Shown here piece by piece: positions 1-10,585 of a stretch of DNA of 64,000 nt (positions within the stretch are counted from its first letter, which is position 1; each line of letters begins with the position of its first letter). Where the stretch lies: the NCBI GenBank assembly GCA_963665845.2, contig OY762492.1, positions 3,616,001 through 3,680,000 on the forward strand, written 5' to 3'. The DNA comes from Candidatus Poribacteria bacterium. GTDB lineage: Bacteria; Poribacteria; WGA-4E; GCA-2687025. The translations under genes and the position numbers were made by a program. The notes under the pieces are model-generated. The model was given only the letters and a program-made list of their open reading frames with translations, was not told the DNA's origin and made no database searches.

Positions 1-554
1 TCATCGGACTTGTCGGCAGGCTTGAACCGCCGAAAGGGTGTCATGCGTTTCTAGACGCCGCGGCGAAGCTGTCGCAGACGCGACCCAACGCGCGATTCTT
101 GATTGCAGGCGACGGGTCATTGCGCGGACAGCTCCAGGAACGCGCGCGGCGAAACGGCTTAAACAATACCGTCCGCTTCGCCGGCTACCGTAACGACATT
201 CATCATGTCATGGCGTCTTTAGACGCGCTCGCCATCTGCTCAACGATAGAAGGCTTGCCGCAGGTTGCCGTTCAAGCGGCGGCGGTCGGAATACCGATTG
301 CGGCGTTCCGCGCGGTCGGCGTCTCGGAGGTGGTGAAGGACGGCGTCAACGGCTACACCGTCGACATCGGCGACACGGAGGCGTTAACCGAAAGGCTCTC
401 GGAGTTCGCAGCCGATCTGGAAACGGCTCAACAGATGGGCTTAAAAGGGCGCCAAATCGTCGGCGGCGAATGGACAATCGCCTGCCAGCAAGCGAAGACG
501 GTGGAGCTGTATGAAGAGATGGAGCGTCGGTTCCTCGCCGCAGACGACGCATAA
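1..554 (+). CDS. Glycosyltransferase family 4 (GT-B), 5'-truncated by window
   Basis: Frame is open from the window edge (IGLVGRLEPPKG...). Contains GDGSLR, FAGYRND, STIEGLPQVAVQAAAVGIP (E-x7-E-like motif) and EVVKDGVNGY. Confidence 0.9.
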   Translation, partial: IGLVGRLEPPKGCHAFLDAAAKLSQTRPNARFLIAGDGSLRGQLQERARRNGLNNTVRFAGYRNDIHHVMASLDALAICSTIEGLPQVAVQAAAVGIPIAAFRAVGVSEVVKDGVNGYTVDIGDTEALTERLSEFAADLETAQQMGLKGRQIVGGEWTIACQQAKTVELYEEMERRFLAADDA

Positions 555-2046
555 AACGTTCATTCTTTTTTTAATCGGATGGACGCTCTTGAACATCGCC
601 CCGCCGTCGAACGCCCGCCCTCTTCCGCTCGCGGAGGACGCATGGCGGCTGCTGCGTTCGGCGTCTGTTCAGCAGCCCGAACTGCGCATGTTCATTCAGC
701 CGCAGTTTGAGGAGGCGTTTCTCAAGATCAACCCGATCGGAAACGAAGCCCGCGCCGAACGAATCCGCCAGTATCAACGCCGCTTTAAAGAGCCGAACCG
801 CGGCGTTGTTTCGGTTAAAACAGAGCAGGCAGACCTGTTCGCCGACATCGGCTTCCAAACGGACCTCCTCCTCCTCCGAGACGGAGACAGCGAAGATAAA
901 CGGCTCGCCGTCCTGTCGCTGCGCGCGTTGGCAGGCGCCGACTTTCAAAACGGATGGACGGCATCCGTCGAGATCGACTCCCGCATAGAGAGGGGCGCCG
1001 CCGACATCAGCCCCTACCTCCATGAAAACGACACGGGAAGATACGGCGCATCCCGTACGCCGAACGTCCTGCGCTCCGATCTGAGCTGGCGGCGCGGCGC
1101 CTTTCGGATCGCTGTCGGACGGCAGGAGGCGAACTGGGGTCCAGGGCTGCGGCATGGCATGCTTCTGTCAAAGAACGCCGGACCCGCGCCGATGTTGAAA
1201 GGCGAGGCGCGGATTGGCAAGGCGCGTTTCACGGCGCTGATCGCGTCTCTCATCGGACCGGAAACGGAGGACGGCAGTCGTACCCCAAAATATCTCGCGG
1301 CGCATCGCGTCCAGTTTTCCCCGACGCCATGGCTGACGGCGGCCGTCTCCGAATCGGTCGTTTGGATCCACCAGTTCGATCTGAAATACCTGAACCCGCT
1401 CGACATTTTTTATTTGGACACAAAGCCTGTCCATCCCGACAACCGAAACATAGGCATCGAGTTGAGCATTTTCCCGGCGCGGAATTTGCAATTGTACGCC
1501 GAAGCGTTGATCGACGATTTTCAGCCCCAGGAGGGAGCCAACGCTTTCAAGGCATGGGGAACGAAAGGCGGCGCGCGAATCGGAGCGTTCTGGACGGCGC
1601 CGTTTCAGCTGAAAAACGCGGATGTCTGGGCGGAAGCGCTTTTCATCAACCAATACGCCTACACCCACAAACGCGCGGGAGCCGAATACGCCCACCGCGG
1701 CTTGCATCTAGGGCATCCCGCCGGGCCGGATGTTCTGGAGTCGTCGGTCCGCGCTTCGTACTGGTGGACGGCGCGCGTCAAAAGCGAAGCGGAATGGACG
1801 CATACCCGTAAAGGAGAAGGCGCCCTCCTGAAGCCGCATGACCCGAAGGGGCAGGACGAATGGGAGTTTTTGTCGGGCGTTACAGAAACGGCAAACCGAT
1901 GGAGCGGCGCGCTGGAATACAGCGCTGTCGAAGGTTTTTTGGCGCGGCTGGAGTTCGACAGCGTTCATCGTCAAAACGCCGACCATACGCCTCAAAAACA
2001 AGCGCATTCAACGCAGGCGCGCCTCGTCTTGGGGTATAATCATTAA
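511..2046 (+). CDS. Capsule assembly Wzi-family outer-membrane beta-barrel protein
   Basis: Signal peptide; GRQEANWGPG...LLSKNA and YLAAHR...SESVVW...YLNP motifs; LGHPAGPD; amphipathic terminal strand; lies among sugar-pathway genes. Confidence 0.7.
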   Translation: MKRWSVGSSPQTTHKTFILFLIGWTLLNIAPPSNARPLPLAEDAWRLLRSASVQQPELRMFIQPQFEEAFLKINPIGNEARAERIRQYQRRFKEPNRGVVSVKTEQADLFADIGFQTDLLLLRDGDSEDKRLAVLSLRALAGADFQNGWTASVEIDSRIERGAADISPYLHENDTGRYGASRTPNVLRSDLSWRRGAFRIAVGRQEANWGPGLRHGMLLSKNAGPAPMLKGEARIGKARFTALIASLIGPETEDGSRTPKYLAAHRVQFSPTPWLTAAVSESVVWIHQFDLKYLNPLDIFYLDTKPVHPDNRNIGIELSIFPARNLQLYAEALIDDFQPQEGANAFKAWGTKGGARIGAFWTAPFQLKNADVWAEALFINQYAYTHKRAGAEYAHRGLHLGHPAGPDVLESSVRASYWWTARVKSEAEWTHTRKGEGALLKPHDPKGQDEWEFLSGVTETANRWSGALEYSAVEGFLARLEFDSVHRQNADHTPQKQAHSTQARLVLGYNH

Positions 2047-2078
2047 TTGCGGCGTTGTTTTGAGGGAGCCTGTACGAT

Positions 2079-3065
2079 ATGCGAACATTGACCTACGAAC
2101 CTGAATGCGTTCTCATCACAGGGGGGGCGGGCTTCATCGGCTCCCACACCGCCGAGAGGCTGCTGTCGGACGGGCGCGCCGTTGTGATTGTGGACAACTT
2201 CGACCCGTTCTATTCTCAAAAACAAAAATACGCCAACCTGCGGGCGATCCAGAAACGCGGCAAGATCGAGTTTTACGAGGCGGACATCCGCGACAAAAAC
2301 CAGATCGAAAAGGCGTTCCGCGAACAGCCCATCGACGCGGTGATCCACATGGCGGCGCGCCCTGGGCCGCGTCCGTCGGTCGGGAACGCGCGGGAATACC
2401 ATGACATCAACGTCGTCGGAACGCTCAACATGCTGGAGCTGTCCGCGCAGGCGGGCGTCGGCAACTTCATCTTCGCCGGCTCTTCGTCTGTTTATACGGA
2501 GATGCCGACGCCGTTCCATGAGAGCGCGCCCGCCGACCGCCCCTATTCTCCCTACGCCGCCACGAAACGCGCCTGCGAAATGCTTGCCTTCACCTACTCG
2601 CGCCTCCATAGCCTTCCCGTATCAAGCCTCCGTTTTTTCACGGTTTACGGACCAAGGCTGCGCCCCGACCTGATGATTCACAAGTTCACGCGGCTCATTG
2701 ACGCCGGGCAGACACTTCCGATCTACGGGGACGGCTCCGCCCAGCGCGACTACACCTACATTGACGACATCGTTTCAGGCGTCGCGGCGGCGCTCTCCTC
2801 CCCGTCGCCGTTTGAGATCTACAACCTCGGCAATTCCAAAACGGTTCCGCTCATGCGCGTCGTCCGGCTGCTAGAGCGGCTCATCGGGAAAAAGGCGAAT
2901 TGCCGTTTTTTGCCGGTCAACCCAAGCGACGCGCCCATCACTTACGCGGACATCGGCAAGGCAAAAGACGCTCTCGGCTACAACCCGACCACCTCCATAG
3001 AAGAGGGGTTAAAGCATTTTGTGAAATGGTACCGCCAAAGCGCCCGCCGACCTGAACCAAAATGA
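2079..3065 (+). CDS. NAD-dependent nucleotide-sugar epimerase (UDP-glucuronate 4-epimerase-like)
   Basis: TGGAGFIG, SSSVY, YAATK (YxxxK), RFFTVYGP.RPD, RDYTYIDD. Confidence 0.9.
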   Translation: MRTLTYEPECVLITGGAGFIGSHTAERLLSDGRAVVIVDNFDPFYSQKQKYANLRAIQKRGKIEFYEADIRDKNQIEKAFREQPIDAVIHMAARPGPRPSVGNAREYHDINVVGTLNMLELSAQAGVGNFIFAGSSSVYTEMPTPFHESAPADRPYSPYAATKRACEMLAFTYSRLHSLPVSSLRFFTVYGPRLRPDLMIHKFTRLIDAGQTLPIYGDGSAQRDYTYIDDIVSGVAAALSSPSPFEIYNLGNSKTVPLMRVVRLLERLIGKKANCRFLPVNPSDAPITYADIGKAKDALGYNPTTSIEEGLKHFVKWYRQSARRPEPK

Positions 3066-3072
3066 ATGCGGC

Positions 3073-3462
3073 TTATTCTGAATGCGGCTCTAGATCCAGC
3101 GCCTTCAGATACGCCTCAATCTCCCTAGCCGCCTCGGCGGCGTATTCGGCGGGGACATAGATGATCCCCCATGCGTCCTCGTTCCATGAGCTCGGTATGG
3201 CGCCGTATGCCGGGATGGAGCGTTCCTCTAGCCGCGCGGGGATCTCCGCCGCCTCCAGAACGCCCATCAGCATGACGCCGGCGACCGGATGCGGCGCGCC
3301 GACCGCCCTCACCCAGTCGATCCGCTCCACCATGACGGGGGCGCCTTCATGCCGCGTCTGTTCCAGCGCGCCGCCGCATTCGCCGCAGGTTGAGGCGCCG
3401 CCTGCAGAGATGAGCGCGCTGAACTTTTTAACGTTGGCGCCGCAATGGGGGCATCGGTTCAT
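3073..3462 (-). CDS. Zinc-ribbon plus DUF2007 (PII-like putative signal-transducing) protein
   Basis: CPHC...CGEC at the N-terminus, followed by GVLEAAEIP...IYVPAEYAAEAAREI. Confidence 0.6.
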   Translation of the reverse strand: MNRCPHCGANVKKFSALISAGGASTCGECGGALEQTRHEGAPVMVERIDWVRAVGAPHPVAGVMLMGVLEAAEIPARLEERSIPAYGAIPSSWNEDAWGIIYVPAEYAAEAAREIEAYLKALDLEPHSE

Positions 3463-3537
3463 GTTTCAACCCTTCAATCTAGGCGTCTTCTGTTGAGAGG
3501 ATAGTATGTTGGGGCGTCTGCGTCAAGCGGAGCTGTA

Positions 3538-3747
3538 TGACCTCACGCCGAAAGTTGGGACAGATGAACGACCAAAGCCTTTATTCATGGGAAAAGGCGC
3601 CGCCAACCAGACCCTCATTCCCGCGCCTCTCTCCTCGTCATTCCCGCGCCTCTCTCCTCGTCATTCCCGCGTAAGCGGGAATCTAGAGGCGCCGAAGAAG
3701 ACGCCCGCGTTCGCAAGCAGAATGTCCCAACTAAAGACGTAAGGTCA
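3538..3747 (+). mobile_element. MITE copy 1 (25-bp imperfect TIRs, internal palindrome)
   Basis: Begins TGACCTCACGCCGAAAGTTGGGACA and ends TGTCCCAACTAAAGACGTAAGGTCA. Homologous to 37992-38178 and 43210-43373. Contains GTCATTCCCGCGTAAGCGGGAATC (3660-3683) preceded by a 23-bp tandem duplication. Confidence 0.8.
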
Positions 3748-3757
3748 GGATTCCTGC

Positions 3758-3786
3758 TTGCGTCTTGCCGCCAAATGGCGTACACT
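3758..3786 (+). promoter_or_regulatory. Putative sigma70 promoter
   Basis: TTGCGT-N17-TACACT upstream of ATG 3808. Confidence 0.5.
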
Positions 3787-3807
3787 ATAGAGAAGAGAGG
3801 GCGGAGT

Positions 3808-4029
3808 ATGCGTAAACTGAACGTCTCGGTCATTCCGCGCGCGTCGCGGCAGCGCATTCAATGGCTGTCGCCGACTGAAGCGAAGGTGTGGGTTTGCGCC
3901 GCCCCTGAACGCGGAAAAGCGAACAAAGCGGTCGTGAAACTGATTGCGTCGCAGCTCGGCGTCCGCCCCTCCAAAACCCGCATCGCGCGCGGATGGACAT
4001 CGTCTAAAAAAGTGATTGTGATTGAATGA
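3808..4029 (+). CDS. DUF167 / YggU family protein
   Basis: LNVSVIPRAS...KVWVCAAPERGKANKAVVKLIA..LGV...I.RG.TS.KK. Confidence 0.85.
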   Translation: MRKLNVSVIPRASRQRIQWLSPTEAKVWVCAAPERGKANKAVVKLIASQLGVRPSKTRIARGWTSSKKVIVIE

Positions 4030-4041
4030 AAGGCGCGCCTT

Positions 4042-4608
4042 ATGGCACAGATAGAATCGACGAACGAACTTGAAAACGCACTGACGCAACTGCGCGACCC
4101 GGACTGGAACATACGCCACACCGCCGCGCGCGATCTGATCGAAATCGGGCAGCCGGCGGTGGAGCCGCTCATCCTTCTGCTGGAAGAGGAGGACAGCTTT
4201 TTGCGCGGACAGGCGGCCGTCTGTCTTGGGCGCATCGCCGATTCGACCGCCATCGCGCCGCTCATTGAGCGTTTCAGCGACTCCTATTCGGCGGTTCGGG
4301 AGGAGGCGGTGCGCGCGGTCGGGTTCATCGGCGCGGAGGCGGTGGAGCCGCTCATGGGCAAGATCAACCACAAGATTTCGTACGTCCGCAAATGCGCGAT
4401 CCAGGCGCTTGCCGCCATTCAGGACGCGAGCGCGAGAGACGCCCTTCAACAGATCGCCGACGACATGGACGCCTACCCCGCCGTGCGCTGGGAAGCGAAG
4501 TTGGCGGTGAACAGGTTCCGCGAAGGCGATCAGAAGCCGGTCCACACGAGCGATCAGTTTCGGAATACGGCGTACCATGTTCCGACGGTCGTCGGCCGCA
4601 AGCCGTAA
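4042..4608 (+). CDS. HEAT-repeat (PBS lyase-like) protein
   Basis: Repeated L-x-D-x3-VR-x2-AA-x2-LG-x-IG...AVEPL units. Confidence 0.8.
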   Translation: MAQIESTNELENALTQLRDPDWNIRHTAARDLIEIGQPAVEPLILLLEEEDSFLRGQAAVCLGRIADSTAIAPLIERFSDSYSAVREEAVRAVGFIGAEAVEPLMGKINHKISYVRKCAIQALAAIQDASARDALQQIADDMDAYPAVRWEAKLAVNRFREGDQKPVHTSDQFRNTAYHVPTVVGRKP

Positions 4609-5799
4609 GTGGAAACGCCGGCGGAGCGCGTTCAAACGGCGGCGGCTTTGAAAGAGCCTGACCGCGTCCCTGTCGACATTGGGTTGACGGGGCTGACGGG
4701 TCTGCGGACGGAGGCGCATGATCAGCTGTTGCGCCATCTGAACATCGACGACGCTTCGGAACGGCGGTTGAATGAGCCGATGCGCATCGCCGAGCCGCGC
4801 GCGTCGCTGCTGGAGCGTTTTCCGACCGACATTGCGGGCGAGTTGGCGGTCGCCCGCGCGGAAAACGGCGGCAACGAAATGGAGGACGCGGAGGAAGAAG
4901 AGCGGCTGGTCGGCTGGCGCGTTGAAACGGACGCCGAAACGCAGGCGGAACGGGCGGAAGACGCCTGGGGCGTTGAGTGGACGCGGGAGGCGGACGCGCC
5001 GCGCTTTCAACAAGCGGGCTTGCCTCTTGAGGGGGAGCTTCAGGACGGATGGATGGAGAGCCGCGATTGGCCCGAACCTGCGCAGGCGGAAACGCTCAAG
5101 GCGCCTGAAGACCCTGAAGACAGAGACGGGCTGGCGCGGCTGGTCGGTCCGTTCGGATACGGGCTGATGGAAACGGCGCTGCTGCTGCGCGGGCGGTCGG
5201 ATGTGAACCGCGACATCGCGCTGGGGACAGGACCGACCTTTCCGCTGCTGGAAAAGATCGCCGATTTAAAGGCGGAGTATTGGGAGCGGCGGCTGTCGGA
5301 GATGGAAACCCCGCCCATGTTGTTGATGGAGCGGGAGCGGTTAGACCTGCTGCCGGGGCTGCCGATGGAGCCGACGCTGTTTCGCGCCGTTTTAAAACCG
5401 CGCTGGGAACGTTTGTTTCAAGCGGTTCGGCGTTGGTCGCCGTCTTCGTTATTGCTCTTTTTTTGCCGAGGTTATGCGTCGGAGACGGTTCAGGATTTCA
5501 TCGAAATGGGCGTTCAGGCGGTCTGTTTAGACCCTCTCAGCGTTCGATATTCGAAGCCGTCTTTTTTGAAGCGGGAGTACGGCGGGTCGCTCGCGTTTTG
5601 GGGCGGCGGCGTTCGTTCCAAAGACGATTTTTTAAAAGGAACGGAGGAGCAGGCGAAAGATTGCGTCAAAGAGGCGCTAGACCTGTTCGCGCCGGGCGGC
5701 GGCTTTATCTGGAGCCTCTACCCGGCGGTTGACGCGGACATTCCGCCGCAAAATATCGAAGCGGCGCTAGACACAGCATACGAGTACGGTTTATATTAA
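4609..5799 (+). CDS. Uroporphyrinogen decarboxylase / MtaA-like family protein
   Basis: ERV...EPDRVPVD, D.WGV.W, DFIEMGV, LKREYG..LAFWGGG, APGGGFI, IPPQNIEA. Confidence 0.75.
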   Translation: METPAERVQTAAALKEPDRVPVDIGLTGLTGLRTEAHDQLLRHLNIDDASERRLNEPMRIAEPRASLLERFPTDIAGELAVARAENGGNEMEDAEEEERLVGWRVETDAETQAERAEDAWGVEWTREADAPRFQQAGLPLEGELQDGWMESRDWPEPAQAETLKAPEDPEDRDGLARLVGPFGYGLMETALLLRGRSDVNRDIALGTGPTFPLLEKIADLKAEYWERRLSEMETPPMLLMERERLDLLPGLPMEPTLFRAVLKPRWERLFQAVRRWSPSSLLLFFCRGYASETVQDFIEMGVQAVCLDPLSVRYSKPSFLKREYGGSLAFWGGGVRSKDDFLKGTEEQAKDCVKEALDLFAPGGGFIWSLYPAVDADIPPQNIEAALDTAYEYGLY

Positions 5800-5817
5800 T
5801 AGAGAGACGCGCAAAAG

Positions 5818-6354
5818 ATGGAGAGCGACATGGAGCAGAAAGACGATCCGAAACTGACCCACAACATGACCTGGTGGGAGCGGATGTACGTGCCGGAGGT
5901 GTTTAAAGGGATGGCGGCGACGCTTCGGCATATCCCGCGCAAGAAAAAAACGGTGCTGTACCCGGAGGCGCGCCCTGAACATCTGCGCCCCGAGCCGGAG
6001 CGTTACCGCGGAATGCATCGGTTGACGAAAGACCCGGAGGGGCGCGTCAAGTGCGTCGCCTGCTTCATGTGTTCAACCGCATGCCCCGCCGACTGCATCA
6101 CGATTGTGGCGCAGGCGACGCCCGAAGAGTGGACAGACCGCGAAAAGATGCCCGCCGTGTTTGAAATCAACCAATTACGGTGCATCTTCTGCGGATACTG
6201 CGTCGAGGCATGCCCAGAAGACGCCATCCGCATGGACACGAACATCACCGTGCCGGTCTTCGGGCGGCGCGAGGACTTTATCTTTGACAAAGAGCAGCTG
6301 TTGAGCCATGAACCGAGAATGGACCTCGACGCCGACTACATGTCGCGGCGGTAA
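5818..6354 (+). CDS. nuoI: NADH-quinone oxidoreductase subunit I (2x[4Fe-4S])
   Basis: YPE...RYRG.H.L, CVACFMCSTACP and CIFCGYCVEACP..AI. Confidence 0.85.
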   Translation: MESDMEQKDDPKLTHNMTWWERMYVPEVFKGMAATLRHIPRKKKTVLYPEARPEHLRPEPERYRGMHRLTKDPEGRVKCVACFMCSTACPADCITIVAQATPEEWTDREKMPAVFEINQLRCIFCGYCVEACPEDAIRMDTNITVPVFGRREDFIFDKEQLLSHEPRMDLDADYMSRR

Positions 6355-7333
6355 CCGCTTCATCGACCGGTTTGGACGAGTCGTGCGCAGCTTGCGCGTT
6401 TCCGTCACTGACCGCTGCAACTTCCGCTGCGTCTACTGCATGGCGGAGGAGATGATTTTTCTGCCGCGCGCCGAGATTCTCACCTTTGAGGAGATCGAGC
6501 GTTTTGTCCGAATCGCTGCGGACAGGGGCGTACATAAAATCCGCGTCACGGGCGGCGAACCGCTGGTGCGGCGCGGCGTCCCCGACCTGATACGCAAACT
6601 GGCGGCGATACCGGGGATTGACGATATCGCGCTGACGACGAACGGCGTTTATCTGCCGCAATTGGCGGTTCCGCTTCGGGAAGCGGGGCTGGACCGCCTG
6701 AATGTGAGCCTCGACTCGCTGGACAGGGAGACGTTTGAGCGGCTCGCGCGGCGGGACGGTCTGCGTCAGACGCTGGACGGCATCGACGCGGCGCTGGAGG
6801 CGGGGTTTTCGCCCTTGAAAGTGAACGCCGTTGCAATGCGCGGATCAACGGAGCGGGAACTGCTGGACTTTGCCCGTCTGGCGCGGGAGAAGCCTGTCAT
6901 CGTCCGTTTCATTGAGTTCATGCCGCTGGACGCGGACGGCGCTTGGAAACGGGAGAACATCTTGACGCGGCGCGAAATCGTGGAGCGGATTCATGCCGAA
7001 TATCCGCTGGAGCCTGTTGATGGGCGCGGCAGTTCGCCGGCGGAGCGTTTTCGTTTTAAAGACGGAAACGGCGAAATCGGCGTCATCGCGTCGGTGACCG
7101 ACCCGTTCTGCGATCAGTGCGACCGCATCCGCATCACCGCGGAGGGGAAACTGCGCAACTGCCTCTTCGCCGTTGAAGAGACCGACATACGCGCTCTCCT
7201 GCGCGGCGGCGCTTCGGACGATGAGATTGCGGAGGCGGTCGCCGACAATGTCGCGCAAAAATGGCGCGGGCATCTCATCAACCATGCCGATTTTGTAAAG
7301 CCTGAACGCGCCATGTCGCAGATTGGCGGGTGA
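6308..7333 (+). CDS. moaA: GTP 3',8-cyclase (molybdenum cofactor biosynthesis)
   Basis: LRVSVTDRCNFRCVYC, TGGEPL, RFIEFMP, FCDQCDRIR...C, C-terminal MSQIGG. Confidence 0.95.
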   Translation: MNREWTSTPTTCRGGNRFIDRFGRVVRSLRVSVTDRCNFRCVYCMAEEMIFLPRAEILTFEEIERFVRIAADRGVHKIRVTGGEPLVRRGVPDLIRKLAAIPGIDDIALTTNGVYLPQLAVPLREAGLDRLNVSLDSLDRETFERLARRDGLRQTLDGIDAALEAGFSPLKVNAVAMRGSTERELLDFARLAREKPVIVRFIEFMPLDADGAWKRENILTRREIVERIHAEYPLEPVDGRGSSPAERFRFKDGNGEIGVIASVTDPFCDQCDRIRITAEGKLRNCLFAVEETDIRALLRGGASDDEIAEAVADNVAQKWRGHLINHADFVKPERAMSQIGG

Positions 7334-7362
7334 AGACAGAACATGCAGATTTCGTCGCCTAA

Positions 7363-7398
7363 GATTCCCGCGCGTTTTACCGCAGGGGCGGGAATGAC
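7363..7398. repeat. REP-like palindrome with enlarged loop
   Basis: GATTCCCGC-16 nt-GCGGGAATGAC; the other copies have a 4-nt loop. Confidence 0.7.
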
Positions 7399-7440
7399 GA
7401 CAACCAAAACCATAAACCAAAACAAACGAAGCGGAACCCT

Positions 7441-10404
7441 ATGACGCTCCAAGAGATGATCGAAGCGCTGAACCGATACTGGTCTGAACATGGCTGCATA
7501 CTCCAGCAGCCGTGCGATCTGGAGGTGGGCGCCGGAACCTTTAACCCTGCAACCTCGCTGCGCTGCCTCGGTCCGGAGCCGTTCGATGTCGCCTATGTGG
7601 AGCCGTCGCGCCGCCCTGCTGACGGGCGTTACGGCGAGAATCCGTATAAGATGGGGCATTATTATCAGTATCAGGTGATTTTGAAACCTGAACCTGAAAA
7701 CAGCCAGGAGCTGTACCTGAACAGCCTAGAAGCGCTGGGGCTGAACCTGCAGAGCAACGACATCCGCTTCGTGGAGGATGACTGGGAATCGCCGACGCTG
7801 GGCGCGTCCGGTCTGGGCTGGGAAATCTGGTGCAACGGCGCCGAAGTGACCCAGTACACCTACTTTCAGCAGATGGGCGGAATGGAGCTGGACCCGATCT
7901 GCGTTGAGCTGACCTACGGGCTAGAGCGGGTCGCCATGTATCTCCAGGAGGTGGACAGCGTCTTCGACATCCGCTGGAACGATGAGACGATCTACCATGA
8001 GATTCATCATCAGACGGAGGCGGAGTACACCGCCTATTATAAGGAGAAGGCGTCCGCAGAGATGCTGACGCGCTGGTTCAACGACTGCGAACGCGAGGGG
8101 CGCATGTGCGTTGAGGCGGGTCTTGTATGGCCCGCGATGGACTACACGCTCAAGGCGTCCCACATCTTTAATGTGCTGGACGCGCGGGGCGCCATCAGCG
8201 TTTCGGAGCGGGTCGGGTATATTGCGCGGGTGCGCGCGTTGGCGCGGAAATCGGCGCAGGCGTATCTTGCCAAGCGGGAGGAGATGGGCTACCCGTTGAT
8301 GAAAAAAACGCCCGCCCCTGCGAAACAGGCGGCGCCGAAACCCGCCCCTGAACCGACCGCGCCGACTGCAGACATGCTGTTTGAAATCGGATGCGAGGAG
8401 CTGCCCGCCAGTTATATTGAGCCTGCCCTTCAGCAGATGCGGGAGCAGACGGAGGCTTGGTTAAAAGAGAATCGGCTTGAAAGCGGCGGGATTTCCACCT
8501 TGGCGACGCCGCGCCGTCTCGCGCTTCATATCGAGAATCTGGCAACGGTTCAGGAGGATATGGAGGCGGAGGTAGGCGGACCGCCGGCGGCCGCCGCGTA
8601 CGGCGCGGACGGCATGCCGACGCGCGCCGCGGAAGGTTTTGCCCGAAGCCAAGGCGTCAACGTCTCCGACCTGACAATCAAAGAGACGGAGAAGGGGCGG
8701 TATGTGTTCGCGCGCAAACAGGTGAAGGGGCTGCGGGCGGCGGATCTGCTGGCGGAGTATCTGCCGCGCCTCGCCTCGGAGCTGCGTTTTCCAAAATCGA
8801 TGCGCTGGGGAGAGCCGGGGCATGGGCTGCGCTTCGCCCGCCCGATACGCTGGATGGCGGCGCTTCTCGGAGAGCATGCGATCGATTTTCCGTTCGGATC
8901 GTTTCGTTCCGGGCGCGAGACGCAGGGGCATCGGTTCCTTTCAAAAGAAACCGTCCGGCTGCCGAACGCAAGCCTGGAAGATTACAAGGCGGCGCTGAAA
9001 AAGGCGCGCGTCATCGTCGACCAGACGGAGCGGAGGCAGATCATCCGCGAGGGGGTGGAGGGTGTCTTGAAGGAGAACGGAAGCGAAGCGCAGATCGACG
9101 AGGCGCTGCTGGACGAGGTTTTATACCTAGTGGAGAGTCCAGAGTTTGTCGTCGGGGAGTTTAACGAAGCGCTGCTGGAGATTCCGCAGGAAGCGTTGAC
9201 AGCGGCGATGAAGAAAGATCAGCGGTATTTTCCGATGTATCAGGAGGACGGGTCGCTGCTGCCGCGGTTCGTAGCCGTGTCGAACGGGACGGCGGGCGAA
9301 AGCGGTCCAGAGAACGCTCGGCGCGGCAACGAACGGGTGCTGCGCGCCCGGCTTGAGAACGCCGGCTTTTTCTGGAGAGAGGACCTGAAGCGCCCTCTCG
9401 GCGACAGGGTGGAGGATCTGAAGCGCGTCGCGTTTCAAGAGTCGCTCGGCTCGCTCTACGACAAGATGATTCGGCGGCGCAGCCTCGCCGATTGGCTCGC
9501 GCCGCAATTCAACCTTTCGACGGAAGAAACCGAGGACCTGCAGCGGGCGGCGGAGCTGGCGGACGCGGATTTGACAACGCTGATGGTGTCCGAATTTGCG
9601 TCGCTGCAGGGCGTCATCGGGCGGCGTTATGCGCTGGAGGCGGGCGAATGCAGCGTGGCGGCGGACGCGCTGCGGGATCGCTACGCCGCGCGTCCAGAAA
9701 CGAAGGTCGGCGCGGCGCTCGCGGTCGCGGACAAGATCGACACCATCGCCGGTTATTTTGGCATCGGACTGACGCCGACGGGGTCCCAAGACCCGTATTC
9801 GCTGCGGCGCCATGCGATCGACATCTGCCGCATCTTGATGGAGCGCGGTTCTGCAGTGTCGCTGTCGGCGCTGATTGAGCGGGCGTGCGGCGCGTATGAG
9901 GAGGAGTCGCCGGCGGAGCAGATTCGCGCGTTTTTCTTGGCGCGGCTGGAGGGCATTCTGTATGAGAGCGGGTATGCGCGGGACGAGATCGCGGCGGTTC
10001 TATCGGTCGATTCTGACCGCCTCTCGCGGATGACGCCCCGTTTGGACGCCCTGCGCGCTTTTCGCGGTTCCGCTCTGTTTGAAGAGGCGTACCCGGCGTT
10101 CAATCGTCTGCTGCGCATTTTGCCGAATCGTCCAACCGACGCCGTTCCCGACCCTGCGAAGTATCTGGAAGAAGAGGAGCGGGTTTTGGACGCGCATTTC
10201 CGCCAGCTCAAAACGGACGGAAATTACGCGGAGGCGCTGGAGGCGCTGGCGGGTATCGCGCCGCATATCAACCGCTTTTTCGACAACATTTTGGTCATGG
10301 ACAAGGACAAGGCGGTTCGGCGCAACCGTCTCGCGCTGGTGGAATGGATCGCCGGGAGCATGCTGCGCATCGGCGACTTCACCAAGCTGGAGGCGCCGAA
10401 ATAG
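7441..10404 (+). CDS. glyQS: Glycine--tRNA ligase, fused alpha+beta subunits
   Basis: Alpha part: [48 protein letters not shown]. Pro/Ala linker. Beta part: [43 protein letters not shown]. One uninterrupted frame. Confidence 0.95.
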   Translation: MTLQEMIEALNRYWSEHGCILQQPCDLEVGAGTFNPATSLRCLGPEPFDVAYVEPSRRPADGRYGENPYKMGHYYQYQVILKPEPENSQELYLNSLEALGLNLQSNDIRFVEDDWESPTLGASGLGWEIWCNGAEVTQYTYFQQMGGMELDPICVELTYGLERVAMYLQEVDSVFDIRWNDETIYHEIHHQTEAEYTAYYKEKASAEMLTRWFNDCEREGRMCVEAGLVWPAMDYTLKASHIFNVLDARGAISVSERVGYIARVRALARKSAQAYLAKREEMGYPLMKKTPAPAKQAAPKPAPEPTAPTADMLFEIGCEELPASYIEPALQQMREQTEAWLKENRLESGGISTLATPRRLALHIENLATVQEDMEAEVGGPPAAAAYGADGMPTRAAEGFARSQGVNVSDLTIKETEKGRYVFARKQVKGLRAADLLAEYLPRLASELRFPKSMRWGEPGHGLRFARPIRWMAALLGEHAIDFPFGSFRSGRETQGHRFLSKETVRLPNASLEDYKAALKKARVIVDQTERRQIIREGVEGVLKENGSEAQIDEALLDEVLYLVESPEFVVGEFNEALLEIPQEALTAAMKKDQRYFPMYQEDGSLLPRFVAVSNGTAGESGPENARRGNERVLRARLENAGFFWREDLKRPLGDRVEDLKRVAFQESLGSLYDKMIRRRSLADWLAPQFNLSTEETEDLQRAAELADADLTTLMVSEFASLQGVIGRRYALEAGECSVAADALRDRYAARPETKVGAALAVADKIDTIAGYFGIGLTPTGSQDPYSLRRHAIDICRILMERGSAVSLSALIERACGAYEEESPAEQIRAFFLARLEGILYESGYARDEIAAVLSVDSDRLSRMTPRLDALRAFRGSALFEEAYPAFNRLLRILPNRPTDAVPDPAKYLEEEERVLDAHFRQLKTDGNYAEALEALAGIAPHINRFFDNILVMDKDKAVRRNRLALVEWIAGSMLRIGDFTKLEAPK

Positions 10405-10496
10405 ACGCGGCGCATGCATGTCCGCCCTTGACAACCCATTTCGCCGCCCCCTTAAACTGCCCAAAGCGCCGCCTTCAGGCGTCGCCTGCAAAAAGT

Positions 10497-10525
10497 TTGC
10501 CTATCGATGTTCGGGGCGCTACGAT
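10497..10525 (+). promoter_or_regulatory. Putative sigma70 promoter of rpsO-pnp
   Basis: TTGCCT-N17-TACGAT, with GAAAGGA RBS before TTG 10586. Confidence 0.5.
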
Positions 10526-10585
10526 ATATTTGAAAGAGAAATGGAACACGCGAACGTTAGACGGATGAAGTGAAAGGATTCCGCC

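Noticed and set aside
3506-3742. Short ORFs containing SFPRKRES/LDSRLRGND-type peptides (also 37997-38179, 43100-43324, 52021-52254)
   Set aside because: They are translations of the REP/MITE repeats, not genes.
3745-5013. Long antisense ORFs (422 aa here; also 18001-19194, 22968-23933, 42487-43356, 52130-53014)
   Set aside because: They are shadows of well-supported genes on the opposite strand in GC-rich DNA and have no recognisable motifs.
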